The notes under the pieces are model-generated. The model was not told the DNA's origin, made no database searches, and saw only the letters and a list, made by a program, of their open reading frames with translations. The translations under genes were made by a program, and so were the position numbers. From Candidatus Hodarchaeota archaeon (lineage in GTDB: Archaea > Asgardarchaeota > Lokiarchaeia > Sigyniarchaeales > SOKP01), in assembly GCA_048887225.1 (NCBI GenBank), contig JBHLJY010000027.1:1-29663 (forward strand): 29,663 nucleotides of DNA, read 5' to 3'. Position 1 is the stretch's first letter; every line of letters starts with the position of its first letter. Positions 8,143 to 16,826 of the stretch are shown in pieces.

Positions 8143-9432
8143 TTGGTAAATAGAAATGAAATGGAAAATAGAATAATTCCTTATAAAATGATTTTGGATG
8201 CTTTAACCACTACTAATAAAGTAGTTAAACTAATCCTTCCGGAACATGGAATTCCCTCGTTAAGAATTGGTACAGAAAAAATTATATCTGTTTTAGAAAG
8301 AAATTTCGAAAAGGCAAGAGAAGGGCTTCCCGTGATTGCATATCATTTTGCATTTCCAGGAGAATATCTAGAATGCTTCGATTGCATCCCTGTATGTATG
8401 GAAGGCGTTTCATTTTTCTTGGGTGCATTAATATTACATGGTGTAGAAAAATATTATGACTTAATAGGGAACTGGGGACATCCGTTTCACACCTGTTCTG
8501 CACAAAAAGGACCTATGGGAATGTGTCTCGATGATTTATTTAAATTTGATGCTATCATTACCCCAACTGCTCCATGCGATAGTACATGTGCATCATATCC
8601 ATTTTTCAAATTAAAAGAAAGATTTCCAGTTATTATTGCGGACTTACCATTTCATAAAAGTGAAAAAGGTTACAATTATTATGCTGAACAAATCAAACTT
8701 AGTTTATTTGAGCTTGGAAAAACGATTGGCCAAGAACCAGACTTTAATAAATTAAAAGAGGCCATAGAAATAGAAAATCAAGTTTCAAAATTAAGGCTTG
8801 AATTGTTTGAACTAATAAAAGCAACCCCTAGTCCCATTGAAAATATGTTTAATCCTGTTTCGGCAGGAACGAGTATTTTTATACCGGGAACATCTGAAAA
8901 CGTCGAATTTTACAAAGAGATGTTGGATATCACAAAAAAAAGATATAATAATAAAGAACATTACGGTGGTGAAGAAAAAATTAGATCTATATGGCCTTAT
9001 ATGTTAACCTTTTTCGATATTTCTTTATGTGAATGGTTAGACCGAGAATTAGGTATGAGCATACTTTTTGATATTTTTAACTATAATTTTTCAGAACCCA
9101 TAGATACGAAATCTGATTTAGATACGATGTTTTATGGCATGGCAAAAAGAGGGATGGGTTGGCCGATGGTAAAACAATCTACTGAATTTTACTATCCTTT
9201 CTTAGAGGATTGTGTAAGGATGGCAAAAGATTTTAGTGCTGATTGCTTTATTTACACTCAAAGTTTGGCTTGTAAGCAGTTTGGATCCGTTCCGCAACTT
9301 TTAAGAGAAGTACTTATGGACGAAGTAGGAATTCCTATGCTTACTATAGATTTTGATGTAGGAGATGCTAGAATGACTTCTTTAAAAACTTTTAAAGAGA
9401 AATTAAGTATGTTCGTACAAACATTATTATAA
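8143..9432 (+). CDS. 2-hydroxyacyl-CoA dehydratase/benzoyl-CoA reductase family subunit (HgdA/FldB/BcrB-like), copy 1
   Basis: 429 aa with TCSAQKG, PCDS, EKIRSIW, ACKQ and GIPMLTIDFDVGDAR. TTG start follows an SD-like GAAGTGA. Confidence 0.87.
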   Translation: MVNRNEMENRIIPYKMILDALTTTNKVVKLILPEHGIPSLRIGTEKIISVLERNFEKAREGLPVIAYHFAFPGEYLECFDCIPVCMEGVSFFLGALILHGVEKYYDLIGNWGHPFHTCSAQKGPMGMCLDDLFKFDAIITPTAPCDSTCASYPFFKLKERFPVIIADLPFHKSEKGYNYYAEQIKLSLFELGKTIGQEPDFNKLKEAIEIENQVSKLRLELFELIKATPSPIENMFNPVSAGTSIFIPGTSENVEFYKEMLDITKKRYNNKEHYGGEEKIRSIWPYMLTFFDISLCEWLDRELGMSILFDIFNYNFSEPIDTKSDLDTMFYGMAKRGMGWPMVKQSTEFYYPFLEDCVRMAKDFSADCFIYTQSLACKQFGSVPQLLREVLMDEVGIPMLTIDFDVGDARMTSLKTFKEKLSMFVQTLL

Positions 9433-9437
9433 AGAAG

Positions 9438-9521
9438 ATGAAAAAATTGGATAAAGAATTATTTGATAAATATATTTTAAGAGAAAAAGATATATCTTTT
9501 ATAGATAGACAATTCTATTAA
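9438..9521 (+). pseudogene. Probable 5' relic of an additional alpha-subunit gene
   Basis: 27-aa ORF MKKLDKELFDKYILREKDISFIDRQFY*. The first 12 codons match the N-termini of 10716 (MKKLDIETYQKY) and 14147 (MKRLDEETFKKY), after which similarity stops. Confidence 0.5.
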
Positions 9522-9588
9522 TTATTATCTGGCTAAATTTAGATAGATTATACATATATGTAAATTTAGATAAAATTGAACTTGAGAT

Positions 9589-10719
9589 TTGGATATGACT
9601 GTCTTAGAAAAATTTGCTGAAGCGGTTCCTCTCCATAATCCTTGGATTGAGAATTGGAAAAAAGAAGGAAAAAAAGTTTTAGGAACTTTTTGTTCTTATA
9701 TTCCTGAGGAGATTATTCATGCTGCAGATATACTGCCTATCAGAATCAGAGCGAGAGGGTGCACTGATACACCGATGGGAGATGCATATTTGGCTGATAC
9801 TGCCTGTAGTTTTACGCGTTGTTGTCTTGAGATGGCAAATAGAAAGCAATACAATTTTCTTGATGGTATAATTTCTTGTAATAGTTGTGATCAGATTCGT
9901 CGCCTCTACGACAATATAAGATTTAAGGCTCCGTTTCCCTTTCACCATTTTCTAAGCGTTCCAGGCAATATTAACGAAATTACCATAGATTGGTTTAAAC
10001 ATGAATTATCTAAGTTCAAAGAAACCTTGGAGGAGAATTTTAAAGTTGATATTACTGATAATAAACTCAGAGATGCCATTAGTTTATATAACAAATCCCG
10101 TACACTTTTAAAAGAATTGTACATGTTTAGAAAAAGCCTGGAACCTCCCGTTACTGGTACTGATATGATGAAAATACTTTTAACAAATGTTTCAATTCCA
10201 AAAGAGCAATTTAACGAACTATTGAGCCAACTACTACAGGAAATTGATGGAAAAGAAGGTATATCTAACTATAAGGCTAGAATAATGTTAGCCGGGAGCA
10301 CACTTGATGATCCTGATTATATAAAAATAATTGAAGATCTCGGTGGATTGGTGGTCACAGACTCTTATTGTCTTGGACCAAGATATTTCTGGGATAACGT
10401 TGATGAATCGGTAAATCCACTGGATGGTCTTGCCAATTATTATATGTCAAGAGTTTCATGTCCACGTATGGCTGGTAGACAATCCATGAGGGTTGAACAC
10501 TTTGTGGATTTAATTAAAGAATTCAATGTTGATGGTGTAATCCTGCAGAGAATGAAGTTTTGTGCTCTCTGGTGGGCTGAAATTTTCATTATTCGTAAGA
10601 AATTGAAAGAAGAACTTAACATACCATTTCTTGACTTGGAAAGGGAGTATATGTTAAGCGGTGTTGGAGCCATGAAAACTCGAGTTCAAGCTTTTATGGA
10701 AGTATTAGAGGCGAGGTGA
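9589..10719 (+). CDS. HgdB/FldC/BcrC-like subunit, copy 2
   Basis: 376 aa with FCSYIPEEII, CSFTRCC, CNSCDQIRR, SCPRM, KFC and KTRVQAFME. Alternative start ATG 9595. Confidence 0.92.
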   Translation: MDMTVLEKFAEAVPLHNPWIENWKKEGKKVLGTFCSYIPEEIIHAADILPIRIRARGCTDTPMGDAYLADTACSFTRCCLEMANRKQYNFLDGIISCNSCDQIRRLYDNIRFKAPFPFHHFLSVPGNINEITIDWFKHELSKFKETLEENFKVDITDNKLRDAISLYNKSRTLLKELYMFRKSLEPPVTGTDMMKILLTNVSIPKEQFNELLSQLLQEIDGKEGISNYKARIMLAGSTLDDPDYIKIIEDLGGLVVTDSYCLGPRYFWDNVDESVNPLDGLANYYMSRVSCPRMAGRQSMRVEHFVDLIKEFNVDGVILQRMKFCALWWAEIFIIRKKLKEELNIPFLDLEREYMLSGVGAMKTRVQAFMEVLEAR

Positions 10720-12044
10720 AAAAATTGGATATAGAAACTTACCAAAAATATAAAAAACTCGCAAGAGGAAGCTGGGGAAAGGATTTTCTCCTAATAAAAG
10801 GCATGTACACTGGAATGCTTAATATTTTAAACGAACAAGAAGAATTTACACCCCCTATGGAAATGATCTTAAAAATACTTCTTAGTATTGGTAAGGCGCG
10901 AAAGGAAGGAAGATCAATTATCATGTATCCATTCAATTATGGACCTGAGCTATTCCATACCATGAATATACAACCTCTCATGCAAGAAATTTTTAGCGTG
11001 GGCTTAGCTCCTCTCCATATGAATGAGCCCTATCTTGATCATGCCAATGAAATAGGATATGGAGATAATCCAACTATTTGTAACGCAAGTAGACCATTAA
11101 TCAGTGCTTATATGCAGGGAGCAGCACCTATTCCAGATCTTCTGTTCTTTTTATCGACCCCTTGTAATTCACTTTCAATGAATTATCAAGTTTTTGAAAG
11201 CTTAACTGGAGTTCCAACATATAACATAGATATCCCTTATTGGGCTTGTGAACAAGAGAGTGAATTTTACGACGAAAAAACTATGGAATATATTACTAAT
11301 CAATTAAAGAGTCTTATATCTTGGCTAGAAAAAGAAACGAAGCAAGAATTAAATATTGAAAAATTTCAACAATCGATGGTCTGGATTAATCAGGCACGAG
11401 AATATATAATGGAATTTAATGAACTTCTTAAAGTAGTACCTTGCCCTGCAGCAAGTATGACAGGATTTTGGAATTGGTTTTTTATGGCAACTATCGGTGG
11501 TACATCTGACGCTGTCGAAATAACTAAATATGTACGAGATACTACTGCTGAAAATGTTAAACAAGGTATAGGAGGTATAGAAGATGAAAAAATCCGAATT
11601 GCATGGCCTTATACTCATGTATTCTTTGATCGTGATCTACTTACTTGGTTAGAGGAGACTTATAATGCAGTTGCTATAATGGATATATTAGGGTATTACC
11701 AAGTTAGACCCCAAGATACATCAACGTTAGAAAAATGTTATGAAAGTTTAGCTATGGGTACATTGGACTATTCAATGATAGGTTCGTGCAGAGGACCAGC
11801 AGAATATTATATTGATTATGTTATAAACTATGTTAAGGATTATAAAATAGATTGTATTATATATCCAATGCAATATGCTTGTAAGCACGCTTATGCGATG
11901 GCACGAATTACTTCAGAAGTGGTACGTGAAGAAACTGACATCCCATCTTTGATTTTTGGTTGTGATCCTTACGATTCAAGAGAAGTCCCAGCAGAAGCAA
12001 TCAGGGGGAAGATTTCAGATTTTCTTACACAAGTAGTATTATAA
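10716..12044 (+). CDS. HgdA/FldB/BcrB-like subunit, copy 2
   Basis: 442 aa with TICNASR, PCNS, EKIRIAW, ACKH and DPYDSR. The true start may be TTG 10725, 5 nt after SD GAGGTGA. Confidence 0.9.
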   Translation: MKKLDIETYQKYKKLARGSWGKDFLLIKGMYTGMLNILNEQEEFTPPMEMILKILLSIGKARKEGRSIIMYPFNYGPELFHTMNIQPLMQEIFSVGLAPLHMNEPYLDHANEIGYGDNPTICNASRPLISAYMQGAAPIPDLLFFLSTPCNSLSMNYQVFESLTGVPTYNIDIPYWACEQESEFYDEKTMEYITNQLKSLISWLEKETKQELNIEKFQQSMVWINQAREYIMEFNELLKVVPCPAASMTGFWNWFFMATIGGTSDAVEITKYVRDTTAENVKQGIGGIEDEKIRIAWPYTHVFFDRDLLTWLEETYNAVAIMDILGYYQVRPQDTSTLEKCYESLAMGTLDYSMIGSCRGPAEYYIDYVINYVKDYKIDCIIYPMQYACKHAYAMARITSEVVREETDIPSLIFGCDPYDSREVPAEAIRGKISDFLTQVVL

Positions 12045-12060
12045 AGGAGGTTTAAAGTAT

Positions 12061-12843
12061 ATGATTGTTGCAGGTTGCGATGTTGGTTCCCTAACTGGTA
12101 AAGCTGTAATATTAAAAGATAGTTCGATCTTATCTTACGGGATTGTCCCAACTACGCCTAAACCAGAAAGAACTGCTCGGAATGCTATGGATGAAGCACT
12201 TAAGAAAGGTAATTTAACTTTAGAGGATATTGAGTTTATAGTCGGAACAGGATACGGCAGAGTGAAGATCCCATTTGCTAATAAAGAGATATCCGAACTT
12301 ACTTGTCATGGAAAAGGAGCCCATTCTTTTATTCCATCAATAAGAACGATTATTGATGTAGGAGGGCAGGATTGCAAAGTGATAAAGGTGAATAAAAATG
12401 GTAAAATTCTTGATTTTGCTATGAACGATAAATGTGCAGCTGGAACTGGAAGATTTTTAGAAGTAATGGCTAAAACTCTTGAATTGAAGCTTGATGATTT
12501 AGGGCCTATTTCTCTTAAATCGAATAATCAAGCAAAAATAACTGCTCAATGTAGTGTTTTTGCTGAAACAGAGGTTGTTAGTCTCATGGCCGATGGAACT
12601 GAGGTAGCTGATATTGTTGCTGGTATACACGATACAATTGCATCAAGAATCATGACTCTAGTTTATAGAGTAGGACTTGAAGAAGATATTACTATTTCTG
12701 GTGGAGTCGCAAAAAACATTGGAGTCGTTGAATTTCTAGAGAAAAAGATGGGATTAAAGACGGTAAAATTGCCAGTTGATCCTCAGATTATTGGAGCAAT
12801 AGGGGCTGCTCTTATAGCAAAAAATGAATTGGAATCTAAGTAA
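12061..12843 (+). CDS. ATP-dependent [4Fe-4S] activator (HgdC/FldI/BadF-BadG-BcrA-BcrD ASKHA ATPase)
   Basis: 260 aa with GCDVGSLTGK, TGYGR, ELTCHGKG, IIDVGGQDCK, MNDKCAAGTGRFLE, CSVFAETE and GGVAKN. SD AGGAGG. Confidence 0.95.
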   Translation: MIVAGCDVGSLTGKAVILKDSSILSYGIVPTTPKPERTARNAMDEALKKGNLTLEDIEFIVGTGYGRVKIPFANKEISELTCHGKGAHSFIPSIRTIIDVGGQDCKVIKVNKNGKILDFAMNDKCAAGTGRFLEVMAKTLELKLDDLGPISLKSNNQAKITAQCSVFAETEVVSLMADGTEVADIVAGIHDTIASRIMTLVYRVGLEEDITISGGVAKNIGVVEFLEKKMGLKTVKLPVDPQIIGAIGAALIAKNELESK

Positions 12844-12999
12844 TAAATCTTTATTTTCGAAAAATAAAATCTATTCAAAGGAAATATATTTTTAAGGGGA
12901 ATTAACATAATTATTAATTAAAATTCCAAATATCAAAGAGTCCTATGGTTTCTAGACTATGAATAATATTTGGATTTACACATAAATTAAATAAGAGAT

Positions 13000-14136
13000 T
13001 TGTTTATGACTGTTATGGAAAAACTCTCTCAAGCAATCCCGCTTGCAAATCCTTGGATTGATAGCTGGAAAAATGAGGGAAAAAATGTTTTGGGGTATTT
13101 TTGCACATATATACCTGAAGAAATTATCTATGCTGCTGATATTTTACCTGTTAGAGTGAGGGCTAGAACTTGTTCTGCAGGTGATACTCCAATGGGTGAT
13201 GCATATATGACTCCAACAACGTGTAGTTTTACCAGATGTTGTTTAGAGCTGGCAAATCAAAACCAATATGATTTTCTTGATGGTATAGTTTCGTGTAACA
13301 GCTGCGATCAAATTCGACGTCTTTATGACAATATAAGATTCAAGGCACCATTTCCTTATCATTATATAATCGGAGTTCCTGGTTGTGTGAGTGATACTAC
13401 ACTCGATTGGTTCAAACATGAATTATCTAAATTTAAAGAAAGCTTAGAAAATAATTTTAAGGTTAGTATTTCTGATGAAAAGCTCAAAAAAGCGATTCGA
13501 GTTTACAATAAGACTCGAGAATTGCTTAAAGAAATATATGATCTCAGAAAGCACGATAATCCACCTATTACTGGAACCGAAATGCTAAATATTATATCCG
13601 CAGGAATATCTATGCCTAGAGATCAATTTAATGAATTATTAAGTCAACAACTTCAGGAACTTAAGGAAAAAGAAGGTATTTCTGACTATCGAGCTAGGAT
13701 AATGATAGTCGGGAGCATGCTGGATGATCCTGAATATTTAAAAATAATAGAAGATCTAGGGGGATTAGTTGTAGTAGACTCACAATGTCTTGGAACAAGA
13801 TATTTTTGGGATTTAATTGATGAGAATAAAAATCCTATTGATGCAATTGGAGAGCGTTATTTGTCAAAAATCTCATGTCCACGTATGACCGGTAAATATC
13901 CCAAAAGAGAAGATTTCATGATGAAATTCATTAAAGAATTTAGTGTTGATGGAGTAATTTTTCAAAGAATAAAATTCTGTATTCTTTGGTGGGCTGAAAT
14001 TTTTCTGCTCCGTAATAAATTAAAGGAAGAAGGTATACCATTTCTTGAATTAGAAAGAGAATATGTGTTGAGCGGTGCAGGGGCCATGAAAACTCGAGTA
14101 CAAGCTTTTATGGAAGTATTAGAAGCGAGGAAATAA
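13000..14136 (+). CDS. HgdB/FldC/BcrC-like subunit, copy 3 (close paralog of copy 2)
   Basis: 378 aa sharing long identical stretches with 9589..10719 (e.g. SCNSCDQIRRLYDNIRFKAPFP, GAMKTRVQAFMEVLEAR). Alternative start ATG 13006. Confidence 0.92.
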   Translation: MFMTVMEKLSQAIPLANPWIDSWKNEGKNVLGYFCTYIPEEIIYAADILPVRVRARTCSAGDTPMGDAYMTPTTCSFTRCCLELANQNQYDFLDGIVSCNSCDQIRRLYDNIRFKAPFPYHYIIGVPGCVSDTTLDWFKHELSKFKESLENNFKVSISDEKLKKAIRVYNKTRELLKEIYDLRKHDNPPITGTEMLNIISAGISMPRDQFNELLSQQLQELKEKEGISDYRARIMIVGSMLDDPEYLKIIEDLGGLVVVDSQCLGTRYFWDLIDENKNPIDAIGERYLSKISCPRMTGKYPKREDFMMKFIKEFSVDGVIFQRIKFCILWWAEIFLLRNKLKEEGIPFLELEREYVLSGAGAMKTRVQAFMEVLEARK

Positions 14137-14146
14137 TTAAAGCGAG

Positions 14147-15511
14147 GTGAAAAGATTGGACGAAGAGACTTTTAAGAAATATAAAAAGCTAGGAAGAGGA
14201 AGCTGGGGAAAAGATCTATCCCTTTGGAAAACAATGTATAATGCATTTCTTACTTTAATTAAAGCGGAGGAAGAATTTACTCCATTTGCTTTAATTAAAG
14301 GGGAGGAAAAACTTAATCCATTTATGGAAATGTTCCTTAATATGTTTGTGAGAATACCAAAAGCACGAAAGGAAGGAAATCCCATTATTATGCATCCATT
14401 CAACTATGAACCTGCACTATTTTTTGCTATGAACATAGCTCCCATTATGCAAGAAACTTTTAGTGTTGGATTAGCCCCTTTGCACATTAATGAACCCTAT
14501 ATCGATCTTACAAATGAATTGGGTTATGGTGACACTCCAACATTGTGTAATGCTCAGAGACCTATAGTTGGCGCTTATATGCGGGGAGTTGCTCCTATTC
14601 CGGATCTGATGTTCTTTACTTCAACACCCTGTAATGCTTTAGCAATGAGTTATCAAGTCTTTCAGCAATTAATTAATGTACCTTATTTTAACATGGATAT
14701 CCCATACTGGGCTTATGACCAAACAAATGAGTTTTATGATGAAAAAATTATGGATTACATGGTTAAACAAAACAAAGAGTTAGTTTCCTGGTTAGAAAAA
14801 CAAACAAATCAAAAACTTGATGAGGAGAAATTCCAGCAAACAATGAAATTGGTAAATGAAGCACGGGAATATATAGTGGAATTTAATGAACTATTAAAGA
14901 ATATACCTTGCCCCATGCCAAGTATAGCTGGTTTTGGCAATTTCGCTACTATGGCGACTTCCAGTGGAACTCCTGAGGCAGTTAAAGCAACCAAATGGAT
15001 TCGTGATACAGCAGCTGAAAATGTTAAGAATGGGATAGCTGGAGTACCTGATGAGAAAATCAGAATTGCATGGCCTTATACTCATATATTTTTTGACCAA
15101 GAGCTCTTACCATGGATAGAAGAGACCTTTAAAGCAGTTGTCATTTTAGATATATTAGGATATTATCCAGTTTTGCCTCATGATGTATCAACAATCGAAA
15201 AATGCTATGAAAGTATAGCCAAGGGAGTTTTAGATTTTTCTATGGTTGGTACATGTAGAGGTCCTGCAGAGTATTATACGGAATTTGTCTTAAATTATGT
15301 TCAGGATTATAAAATTGATGCTGTAATAATTCCAATGCAATTTGCATGTAAACACGCTTATGCCATTACCCGTATTGCTGCTGAAGCAGTTCGAGAACAA
15401 TTAGGAATTCCTACTCTAATTTTTGGTGTTGATCCATATGATTCGAGAGAAGTTACATCGGAAACAATAAAAGAGAAAATTTCGGAGTTTTTAACTCAAG
15501 TTGTGTTATAA
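14147..15511 (+). CDS. HgdA/FldB/BcrB-like subunit, copy 3 (close paralog of copy 2)
   Basis: 454 aa, colinear with 10716..12044 apart from a 12-aa insertion. Alternative start TTG 14156. Confidence 0.9.
   Translation: MKRLDEETFKKYKKLGRGSWGKDLSLWKTMYNAFLTLIKAEEEFTPFALIKGEEKLNPFMEMFLNMFVRIPKARKEGNPIIMHPFNYEPALFFAMNIAPIMQETFSVGLAPLHINEPYIDLTNELGYGDTPTLCNAQRPIVGAYMRGVAPIPDLMFFTSTPCNALAMSYQVFQQLINVPYFNMDIPYWAYDQTNEFYDEKIMDYMVKQNKELVSWLEKQTNQKLDEEKFQQTMKLVNEAREYIVEFNELLKNIPCPMPSIAGFGNFATMATSSGTPEAVKATKWIRDTAAENVKNGIAGVPDEKIRIAWPYTHIFFDQELLPWIEETFKAVVILDILGYYPVLPHDVSTIEKCYESIAKGVLDFSMVGTCRGPAEYYTEFVLNYVQDYKIDAVIIPMQFACKHAYAITRIAAEAVREQLGIPTLIFGVDPYDSREVTSETIKEKISEFLTQVVL
14253..14324 (+). repeat. 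36-bp in-frame tandem duplication
   Basis: CTTTAATTAAAGCGGAGGAAGAATTTACTCCATTTG versus CTTTAATTAAAGGGGAGGAAAAACTTAATCCATTTA, 31/36 identical, encoding LIKAEEEFTPFA / LIKGEEKLNPFM. Confidence 0.9.
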
Positions 15512-15586
15512 ATATCTGAACTCTTTATAATTATGGATTAAGAAATTAATAAATTAAAAAAAAATTTTTTAAATATGAAATTTTGA

Positions 15587-16825
15587 CTAAATTATTTCTT
15601 TAACTATTTCTGAAAGATCAAGGGCTTGAATCTCGTTATTTTTGATATTGGCTTTAAATTGGTTTAGACAGAAAGGACAACAAGAAACTATTGCTTCAGC
15701 TGTGGTTTCTTTTGCTTCTTCTATCCGTTCATTTGCGGCAAAAGAGGATAAATCTTTAAATGCTGATCTTACCCCACCTCCCGAACCACAGCACCACGCA
15801 TTATGTCTATTTCGATTCATTTCCAAGAGTTCAAGACCGGGAATTTTTTTCAATACTTCTCTTGGTGGTTTATATATACCCATATGGCGGCCGATATGGC
15901 AGGGATCATGATATGTGATTTTCATGTTAAATTCTTTGGAAAAATTTAACTCTCCATTCTTTAATTTATCTAATAAAAACTCGGGGAGATGTTTGACTTC
16001 AATTCCGTGATTAAGACCAAATTTATTTGGATAAATATCTTTCCAAGTTCTATAACATCCCGCACATGATGTTATAATTTTTTCTATTCCATTATCTTTA
16101 AAGTTATTTACATTTGCTTCCGCTAATTCTTTTGCTTTTTCCATTTGGCCTGTCATGTAAACGGGAGATCCACAACAACTCTCATTTTTATGAATTCTGA
16201 AATCAACTTGTAAGGAATTTAATATTTGAACCGTGGCAATAGCAACTCCTTGTTCTCTATAACTTGATGTACAACCAACAAAATAAGCTGTCTTAGCATC
16301 GGGCGTCTGCTTAATATCTGATGGCAACCAATTTGATCGATCTCCATTTTTTTCCATATACGGATTGTATTCTTCCATAATATGTTCTGTATACTGTTTT
16401 TGTTCGGGCATTGGACCATAACCTTGTTTAACTGCTTCTTCTCTCATTGCCATTAACCATTCACCTGCATAGAGATGAATTTCTGGAACTTGACATTGCT
16501 GTAAGCATGCCATACACACAGAACATTGATAAAATATATTCGCCAAATGTTCCGTCCACTTGAGCTTACCCGATGTGACTCCCCAAGTTAATAAGTTTTT
16601 GCCTCCGAGATAATATGATTCAAATTTCCCAAATTCTCCTGAAGGACATGCTTTTGCCCAATCAGCCTCCTGATAAATAGTTCGACAATTGCCACATTTT
16701 CCACATTGGTAGATAATATCTTTGTAATGCTCTATATCCTGGTGCCTATCAATCTTATGAATCTCTTGTCTCATATCAACATGGGTGACTCCCATTTTCT
16801 TAACATATCTAACTCGTTTAGCCAT
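15587..16825 (-). CDS. Fe-S/CCG-domain oxidoreductase subunit (GlcF/GlpC/HdrD family)
   Basis: Two ferredoxin-like motifs (CGKCGNC...CP; CSVCMACLQQC) and two CCG domains (FVGC, SCCG, SCAGC; YHDPCH, WCCGSGGG, CCPFC). ATG 16825 is preferred over 16843 because it directly follows the upstream stop at 16827. Confidence 0.9.
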   Translation of the reverse strand: MAKRVRYVKKMGVTHVDMRQEIHKIDRHQDIEHYKDIIYQCGKCGNCRTIYQEADWAKACPSGEFGKFESYYLGGKNLLTWGVTSGKLKWTEHLANIFYQCSVCMACLQQCQVPEIHLYAGEWLMAMREEAVKQGYGPMPEQKQYTEHIMEEYNPYMEKNGDRSNWLPSDIKQTPDAKTAYFVGCTSSYREQGVAIATVQILNSLQVDFRIHKNESCCGSPVYMTGQMEKAKELAEANVNNFKDNGIEKIITSCAGCYRTWKDIYPNKFGLNHGIEVKHLPEFLLDKLKNGELNFSKEFNMKITYHDPCHIGRHMGIYKPPREVLKKIPGLELLEMNRNRHNAWCCGSGGGVRSAFKDLSSFAANERIEEAKETTAEAIVSCCPFCLNQFKANIKNNEIQALDLSEIVKEII

Positions 16826-16826
16826 A

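Noticed and set aside
12850-12868. Inverted repeat TTTATTTT-CGA-AAAATAAA after the activator gene
   Set aside because: The arms are A/T only and expected by chance at this composition.
6950-15511. Firm call as benzoyl-CoA reductase (bcrABCD)
   Set aside because: There is only one ~260-aa activator and no ring-cleavage or CoA-ligase genes in the window; the family-level call is kept.
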